This document shows positions 58,481 to 64,000 of a DNA stretch of 64,000 bases, in pieces. Position 1 is the stretch's first letter; each line of letters begins with the position of its first letter. The translations under genes were made by a program, and so were the position numbers. The notes below the pieces were generated by a model that was given only the letters and a program-made list of their open reading frames with translations, ran no database searches and had not been told where the DNA came from. Source of the stretch: Verrucomicrobiota bacterium (GTDB taxonomy: Bacteria > Verrucomicrobiota > Verrucomicrobiia > Verrucomicrobiales > Akkermansiaceae); contig JBJOMZ010000001.1 in assembly GCA_046052105.1 (NCBI GenBank), positions 596 through 64,595 on the forward strand, written 5' to 3'.

Positions 58481-60151
58481 TCACTTGGAGGGCCCTCCGT
58501 TCACGAATTCCTCTTTCGATAAATGACCATCACTGTTTTTATCAAAACGCGTGAAGCGAGCTGGGGCGTCCTTGGGGTCGGGTTGCTGGCTGAGAAATTC
58601 CTCCTTGGTGAGTTTGCCGTCCTTATCAGCATCGCGCCGTGCGAACATTTCCGCGCGGTCCTGTTTCGCTGCCGGGCGTTTCGGGGTCTCGGCCGCGGCA
58701 GCGGCTTTGAGCTGCGACTTGGCCTCGGACATGGATTGGAGACGGCCAGCAAGAGTTTTCACTACATCCCCTTGGGACTTGGCGAGGTTTTTGGTTTCAC
58801 CGGGATCGGTTTGATAATCGTAGAGTTCGTATTCCGCGGTGGCTGCATCGGCACCGGGTTTTTTCCATTCGACCAAGCGATAGCGTTCATCGCGCACGGC
58901 GCGTCCGATCATGTTCTGACGTGGATAGACATGCGTGGCAAACTCGCGATGCTTGGCGGCGGTGCCGCGCACCACGGCGGCGAAACTTTTCCCGTCCAGT
59001 CCCTCGCGTTCAGCCAGTCCGGCTAAATCAGCAAGTGTGGGATAGACGTCCACAGTCTCGACAAGAGCTTGCGAGTGCACGGCTTTGGCGCCGGGCGCCG
59101 CCACCAGCAGGGGAATGCGCGTGGCTTGTTCGTAATTCGTGTGCTTGCACCACATGCCGTGATCGCCGAGGTGCCAACCGTGATCGCCCCATAACACAAC
59201 AATCGTGTTTTTCTCTAGGTCTAACTTTTTCAACTCATCCAGAACCTTGCCCAACTGCGCGTCCATGTAGCTGGTGGCCGCGTAGTAGCCGTGAATCAGA
59301 TGACGCGTGAGCTCAGGCGAGAGTGGTGCGCTACCACTCGGCATATCAGCGTAGTTGCGCAACTCGCCGCCGAATTGCGGAGCGTAGGAGGGCGCGCCAT
59401 CGGGTGGAGTGAGTCGCTCGGGTTGCGGCAGCTTCGCGGGATCGTGCAGGTCCCAGTAGCGCTTGGGCGCCACGAAGGGCAGGTGCGGCTTGAGAAATCC
59501 TACGGCGAGAAAAAACGGTTGCGTGTCCGACTTCGCTCCTTGCAAACGGCGGATCGCCTCCGCTGCGATCTGACCATCGCTGTAGGTGTCATCGGCCACA
59601 TCCGCGGATTCCGTGGCCGCTCCTCGAGGTAGTTGGTCCGGGCGTTTGTTATCGAACAAAGCACCCTCGCGTGTCGGTGCCTGGTTTTCCTTCCTCGCGT
59701 AGCCGATGGTCTTGCCCTGGAAATGCGGCACATCCCACGAGGCCTTGTCTTCATGGTTGCCGTGTCCGACGTGCATGATTTTCCCGAGAGCCTGCGTCTT
59801 GTAGCCGGATTGATGAAAATGTTGGGCCATGGTGACGGCATCTGGGCGGGATTGGCGGAAGTTCGTGCCGAGATCATAGATGCCGAGAGTCTGCGGGCGC
59901 AGGCTGGTCATGAGGGCATTGCGAGATGGCGCGCAGACCGCCTGATTGCAATACGCACGTTCGAATACGACGGCACGTTGCGCGAGGGCATCGATGTTTG
60001 GCGTCTTGGCAAACTTGTCGCCGTAGCAGCCGATGGTCGGCTTCAGGTCATCCACGCAGATCAGCAGAATGTTCGGTTTCGCGACATCGGCCGCCAGCAA
60101 GGGAGCGCAGGCAAATAGACTCAGCGCGATGGATTTCCATGAGTTTTTCAT
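58481..60151 (-). CDS. Sulfatase (iduronate-2-sulfatase-like) with a C-terminal EF-hand pair
   Basis: Signal peptide. Formylglycine motif CAPSRNALMTS, plus LICVDDL and GHGNHED. C-terminal DADKDGKLTKEEF and DKNSDGHLSKEEF. Confidence 0.9.
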   Translation of the reverse strand: MKNSWKSIALSLFACAPLLAADVAKPNILLICVDDLKPTIGCYGDKFAKTPNIDALAQRAVVFERAYCNQAVCAPSRNALMTSLRPQTLGIYDLGTNFRQSRPDAVTMAQHFHQSGYKTQALGKIMHVGHGNHEDKASWDVPHFQGKTIGYARKENQAPTREGALFDNKRPDQLPRGAATESADVADDTYSDGQIAAEAIRRLQGAKSDTQPFFLAVGFLKPHLPFVAPKRYWDLHDPAKLPQPERLTPPDGAPSYAPQFGGELRNYADMPSGSAPLSPELTRHLIHGYYAATSYMDAQLGKVLDELKKLDLEKNTIVVLWGDHGWHLGDHGMWCKHTNYEQATRIPLLVAAPGAKAVHSQALVETVDVYPTLADLAGLAEREGLDGKSFAAVVRGTAAKHREFATHVYPRQNMIGRAVRDERYRLVEWKKPGADAATAEYELYDYQTDPGETKNLAKSQGDVVKTLAGRLQSMSEAKSQLKAAAAAETPKRPAAKQDRAEMFARRDADKDGKLTKEEFLSQQPDPKDAPARFTRFDKNSDGHLSKEEFVNGGPSK

Positions 60152-60162
60152 GATGGTTTTTG

Positions 60163-61644
60163 TTAGATGAGTTCCGCGTATTCCAGCAAGCCCTGCTTGC
60201 CACCTTCGCGCCCGAAGCCAGATTCCTTAAAGCCGCCGAAGGGCGAAGTCGGATCAAATTTGTTGTAGGTGTTTGCCCAGACGACGCCCGCTTTCAGTTC
60301 CGCCGCCATTTTCATCGCGAGCGATCCCTTGTCCGTCCATACTCCGGCACTGAGGCCATAAGGTGTGTTGTTCGCTTTTTCGATCGCTTCCTCCGGCGTG
60401 CGGAAGGTCAGCACCGAAAGCACAGGGCCGAAAATCTCCTCGCGCGCGATGCGATGGCTGAGGCTGACATTGGTAAAAATACTAGGAGCATAGTAGTATC
60501 CGTCCTTCGGCAGTTGGCACGGTGGTTGGTAAAGCTCCGCGCCTTCGGCGACTCCTGCTTGCACCAGTTCATCGATCTTACGCCACTGCTTGTGGGAATT
60601 GATCGCGCCGATGTCGGTGTTCTTGTCCATGGGGTCGCCCACCCGCAAACTGCGCAGGCGGATTTTCAATTTCTGCATCACCACTGTGGCGATCGATTCC
60701 TGCACCAGCAAGCGTGAGCCCGCGCAGCAGACATGTCCTTGATTGAAAAAGATCCCGTTGACGATACCTTCCACCGCTTGATCGATAGCAGCGTCCTCGA
60801 AGATGATGTTTGCCGCTTTTCCTCCGAGTTCCAGCGTGAGTTTTTTTCCTGTTCCAGCGAGCGCTTTCTGAATGCCCTTGCCCACAGCCGTCGATCCAGT
60901 GAAGGCGATTTTTTTCGCCAGCGGATGATTCACCACGGCGGCGCCCGTTTCACCTGCCCCCGTGACAAAATTCACCACGCCCGGTGGCAGTCCTGCTTCT
61001 TGCAGAAGAGTCACAAACTTGAGGCAGGTGATCGAAGTCGTCTCCGCAGGCTTTAGCACCACGGTGTTGCCGCAGGCGAGTGCCGGAGCGAGTTTCCAAG
61101 CCAGCATCAGCAGCGGGAAATTCCACGGAATGATCTGACCGACCACACCGAGTGGCGCGAGTTTTTTGCCCGGCATGGCGTAATCGAGCTTGTCCGCCCA
61201 ACCGGCGTGATAGAAAAAATGCGCGGCCGCCATCGGCACATCGAAGTCACGCGACTCCTTGATCGGTTTGCCGCCATCGAGTGTTTCCGCTACGGCAAAT
61301 TCCCGTGCGCGATCCTGTAACAGCCGGGCGATGCGATAGAGATACTTGCCGCGCTCCGCACCCGGCAGCTTGCTCCACGCAGGGAAAGCCGCCGCTGCCG
61401 CCTGATAGGCAGCATCCACATCGCTAGCTCCAGCCTGAGCGATTTCTGCCAACTGTTTGCCATCGCGCGGGCTGATGGAGGTGAAAATTTTTTTCGTCTT
61501 CGGTGCCGTCCATTTGCCGTTGATGAAAAGCGTGTAGCGATCCTGCAACTGCGGCGATGCGGTTTCCGGCGCGGGATCATACTCCCACAAATTTCCAAAA
61601 AGCAATTCGCGGGCAGGTGTGCGAGTGCGGGACTTGGCGGACAT
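60163..61644 (-). CDS. NAD(P)-dependent aldehyde dehydrogenase
   Basis: ELGGKA, catalytic Cys region GHVCCAGSRL, FTGST, and PFGGFKESGFGRE. Confidence 0.9.
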   Translation of the reverse strand: MSAKSRTRTPARELLFGNLWEYDPAPETASPQLQDRYTLFINGKWTAPKTKKIFTSISPRDGKQLAEIAQAGASDVDAAYQAAAAAFPAWSKLPGAERGKYLYRIARLLQDRAREFAVAETLDGGKPIKESRDFDVPMAAAHFFYHAGWADKLDYAMPGKKLAPLGVVGQIIPWNFPLLMLAWKLAPALACGNTVVLKPAETTSITCLKFVTLLQEAGLPPGVVNFVTGAGETGAAVVNHPLAKKIAFTGSTAVGKGIQKALAGTGKKLTLELGGKAANIIFEDAAIDQAVEGIVNGIFFNQGHVCCAGSRLLVQESIATVVMQKLKIRLRSLRVGDPMDKNTDIGAINSHKQWRKIDELVQAGVAEGAELYQPPCQLPKDGYYYAPSIFTNVSLSHRIAREEIFGPVLSVLTFRTPEEAIEKANNTPYGLSAGVWTDKGSLAMKMAAELKAGVVWANTYNKFDPTSPFGGFKESGFGREGGKQGLLEYAELI

Positions 61645-61763
61645 GACATTGTATCTAGCGCCGCATGGCTCAAATCACAAGGCGGAACTGTAAGCGACTG
61701 AGGTAATTGATGGATTTTACCATGGGCGAGAATCCTCATGAAGACTTTTAAGAGTTGCCAGAT

Positions 61764-61785
61764 AGTATCATCATGATACTAATAT
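61764..61785 (+). promoter_or_regulatory. Operator-like palindrome and -10-like hexamer upstream of hicA
   Basis: Perfect palindrome agtatcat-c-atgatact (61764-61780), immediately followed by / overlapping TAATAT (61780-61785). The GTG start is 4 nt later. Confidence 0.45.
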
Positions 61786-61789
61786 TTTC

Positions 61790-61993
61790 GTGCCGAGAAA
61801 AATTCGACAGCTGATGACAGATCAGGAGTCCGCAGGGTTCATAAATCGAGGCGGTAAAGGAATTCATCGAAACTTCGAACATCCCATCGGCGGGCGCGTC
61901 ACTCTTTCTGGCCGGCCAGGTGACGACGCAAAACATTACCAAGAGGCGGTTGTGAAAGCCGCCATACAACAATCGAAAAAGTCCGAATCATGA
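61790..61993 (+). CDS. hicA: HicA-family mRNA interferase toxin
   Basis: 67 aa. KIRQLMTDQESAGFINRGGKGIHRNFEHP..GRVTLSGRPGDDAK matches the HicA dsRBD-like pattern with catalytic His. Confidence 0.8.
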   Translation: MPRKIRQLMTDQESAGFINRGGKGIHRNFEHPIGGRVTLSGRPGDDAKHYQEAVVKAAIQQSKKSES

Positions 61994-62301
61994 AAAAGAA
62001 ATCGACGAAAAAACTTATGAAAGTGATTGAGTGGTCCGAGGAGGATCATTGTTACATTGGCAGCGCGCTTCCCCTAATCGGTCCCTGCTGTCACGGGAAA
62101 GACGAGGTCAGTGTCTTGCGGCAACTCAATGAGATCATCGCCAGCTGGGAAAACTGCGGGCCTTTACAAGAGCCTCAGAAAAACTATACGGGCAAATTTC
62201 TATTGAGAATCAGTCCTGATCTTCATAAAACCTTGGTTATCAAGGCGCAGCAGCGGAACACCTCCTTAAATCGGTTGTGCGAAGAGTTGCTGCTGCGGTA
62301 G
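61990..62301 (+). CDS. hicB: HicB-family antitoxin
   Basis: 4-nt overlap with hicA. N-terminal RNase-H-like half (VIEWSEEDHCYIGSALPL.GPCCHGKDE) and a C-terminal RHH-like segment (LRISPDLHKTLVIKAQQRNTSLNRLCEELL). Confidence 0.75.
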   Translation: MKKKSTKKLMKVIEWSEEDHCYIGSALPLIGPCCHGKDEVSVLRQLNEIIASWENCGPLQEPQKNYTGKFLLRISPDLHKTLVIKAQQRNTSLNRLCEELLLR

Positions 62302-62311
62302 TGCATGCAGA

Positions 62312-63310
62312 TCATGATGAACCGATGCTCTCCCCGATAGGCCTCAGCACTTTGCGAATCTGGGTAAAGTGCGTTTCCTCGAATCCCACCATGCGTTTGA
62401 GAAAATAATCGCGCTCTAACAGGTTTTCGATGCGAGCGGATTGACGACGATCGTCGTGATCGATGAGTCCGCGCAGCCACGCATACCAAGTGCCGATGGG
62501 CACGGGGAAATCACTGCCGTGAAGCAGGCGGTCGGCGTGGACGGTGTGAAGGGCATCGCGAAGGATGCCGCTGCGAATCGGAGTGTTCAGCGCACTGGTA
62601 TCGGCATAGAGATTCGGGAACTCATGCATCATTTTTTCCAGTTCCGGAAAATAATTTTGATCCCAAAAGCCGCTATTGCTGGCGCAGTGGGCGGCGATGA
62701 CCTTGACGCCGATTTCCAGCGGCCTACGCAGCGTGCGCGGGTCCTCGTAAGAGACATTCGCCACCGGCACGGTCATTTCTCCACCGGTATGCGCGAGCAA
62801 GGGCAATTCTGCCTCCGTCATTCTCTCCCAAAAACGATCGTAGCGTGGATCCGAGCAGTGCACGTCGTGGCAATTCGGCAACAGTTTCAGCGCACGAGCA
62901 CCGCGCGCGAGACAGCGATCCAGCTCCTCCAACGCATCGGGTCGCGAGGGATGCACCGATGCCGCAGGTAGAAATTCCGGATGTTTTTCACAGACCTCGA
63001 ATAAGTATTCATTCGGCACGTAAAAGGAGCCAAAATCGCGTTTGCGACCATCGGGAAAATACACCTCGTCCTGTGCCAAAAGCAGCGCGTGATCGAGGGA
63101 TGACTCGCGCACATGCTGCAACAGGCGCTCCACATAAATGCGGTCGAATTCCGCATCGGTGACACTGACGGGCATGCCGATGCTGCGTCGCATCATTTCC
63201 CCCATCAGCCGGTGCCAACCGCTCATGCGCATCCAGCAACCGGAGCCAGAACGACCATTGCCCACGAGGTGAACATGGCCGTCGATTTTGGGTGAGAGTT
63301 TGGCAGTCAT
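62312..63310 (-). CDS. Amidohydrolase-superfamily metal-dependent hydrolase (TIM barrel)
   Basis: N-terminal IDGHVHLVG metal-binding HxH, and later HTGGE and HGSDFP motifs. Confidence 0.75.
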   Translation of the reverse strand: MTAKLSPKIDGHVHLVGNGRSGSGCWMRMSGWHRLMGEMMRRSIGMPVSVTDAEFDRIYVERLLQHVRESSLDHALLLAQDEVYFPDGRKRDFGSFYVPNEYLFEVCEKHPEFLPAASVHPSRPDALEELDRCLARGARALKLLPNCHDVHCSDPRYDRFWERMTEAELPLLAHTGGEMTVPVANVSYEDPRTLRRPLEIGVKVIAAHCASNSGFWDQNYFPELEKMMHEFPNLYADTSALNTPIRSGILRDALHTVHADRLLHGSDFPVPIGTWYAWLRGLIDHDDRRQSARIENLLERDYFLKRMVGFEETHFTQIRKVLRPIGESIGSS

Positions 63311-63316
63311 CGAATT

Positions 63317-64000
63317 TTACCAACCAAACACCAAGGGAGGGATGATGATTCTGACGTTATCCTTACGCTGATTTGCTGTATCTTCAATCGCACTGACCAC
63401 ACCGTTGCTAAACTCGACCACGCGTTTGCTTTTTTCGATTTGTGTCACACTCACGAGTTGGCGAATTACATTGCCTGAAACGGGATCACGCGTGTAATTG
63501 TAATTCGGCTGCTCGTCATATATGATAAATTCCCATGCTCCGCTCTGACCTTCGGGAGTCTTTCTCAGCGAGCTTTTCGTAGGCTTGCCTAACGATTGCG
63601 TCACTTCTTCCGTGGTCATGCCCATCGCAACTTCTTTGTCGGCAATCAATTGATTGACCTCAAGTTGTCGGGTGTAAAACTTTTTGAGGTTTTCGACGAA
63701 CTGCGGATCCTTCGAAGTAAAGGCCCACGGGCCTACCCAGCCGGCGATGCCATCATGTTTGCCCCTGCCGCGCACTTTGTAGGCTTTGTCGGTGATGGCC
63801 TCAATTTTGACCTTTTGGTCGGCCACGATGGTGCCCACTTTGTTCTTGCCGTCCACATCGGAAAACACCGGAGCTTCTTTGATGATCATCAACTCGATCT
63901 GCTTATCCGGCATATCGGTGAGATAGATGACCCGCGGATCGTTATCGAGCAGGGACTTGCGCTCGCCGCGCTTCACTTGTGCGGTGAGCGGAAGGATGAG
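63317..64000 (-). CDS. Hypothetical protein with SH3b-like and SmpA/OmlA-like segments (5' end probably beyond the window)
   Basis: The frame remains open from the listed ATG (63976) to the window edge. GMTTEEVTQSLGKP is a BamE-like motif. Confidence 0.5.
   Translation of the reverse strand, partial: LILPLTAQVKRGERKSLLDNDPRVIYLTDMPDKQIELMIIKEAPVFSDVDGKNKVGTIVADQKVKIEAITDKAYKVRGRGKHDGIAGWVGPWAFTSKDPQFVENLKKFYTRQLEVNQLIADKEVAMGMTTEEVTQSLGKPTKSSLRKTPEGQSGAWEFIIYDEQPNYNYTRDPVSGNVIRQLVSVTQIEKSKRVVEFSNGVVSAIEDTANQRKDNVRIIIPPLVFGW

Overview
This 64 kb chromosomal segment is moderately GC-rich by eye. Its gene content points to the PVC superphylum, most likely Verrucomicrobiota (inference). The pointers are a DUF1549/DUF1553 + DUF1501 pair, SHD1 domains, a ~50-aa small basic protein, many secreted glycan-processing enzymes, and thrombospondin-type-3 (TSP3) repeat proteins.

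Housekeeping genes: rpsA (5' partial), kup, hpt, ftsB-like, rfbB, acpP, accA, a eukaryote-type UDP-glucose pyrophosphorylase, an RluB-type pseudouridine synthase, glycerate kinase and an aldehyde dehydrogenase.

Accessory content:
- A 1430-aa fusion of two esterase domains with a GH33 sialidase.
- Three further SASA-type esterases with different accessory domains, one of them decaying next to its intact paralogue.
- A GH10 xylanase.
- A sulfatase with a C-terminal EF-hand pair.
- A 2409-aa mosaic surface protein (LamG, C-type lectin, two FGE/SUMF1-like domains, a long TSP3 array). It contains a recent 1506-bp tandem module duplication.
- A REP-associated tyrosine transposase (RAYT) flanked on each side by two ~218-bp hairpin-rich REPIN-like palindromes.
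- Three type II toxin-antitoxin modules (HigBA-like, VapBC, HicAB), each with a promoter/operator-like site next to the start codon.

The most intriguing signal is a short, A-poor, ~75% GC hypervariable patch at the C-terminal end of each FGE-like lectin-fold domain. There the two otherwise ~93%-identical modules differ mainly in positions 1-2 of NNC codons. That resembles variable regions of a diversity-generating retroelement (DGR), but no reverse transcriptase or template repeat lies in this window.

I found no rRNA, tRNA or CRISPR array. Several frameshifted or fragmentary genes could be true pseudogenes or assembly errors.
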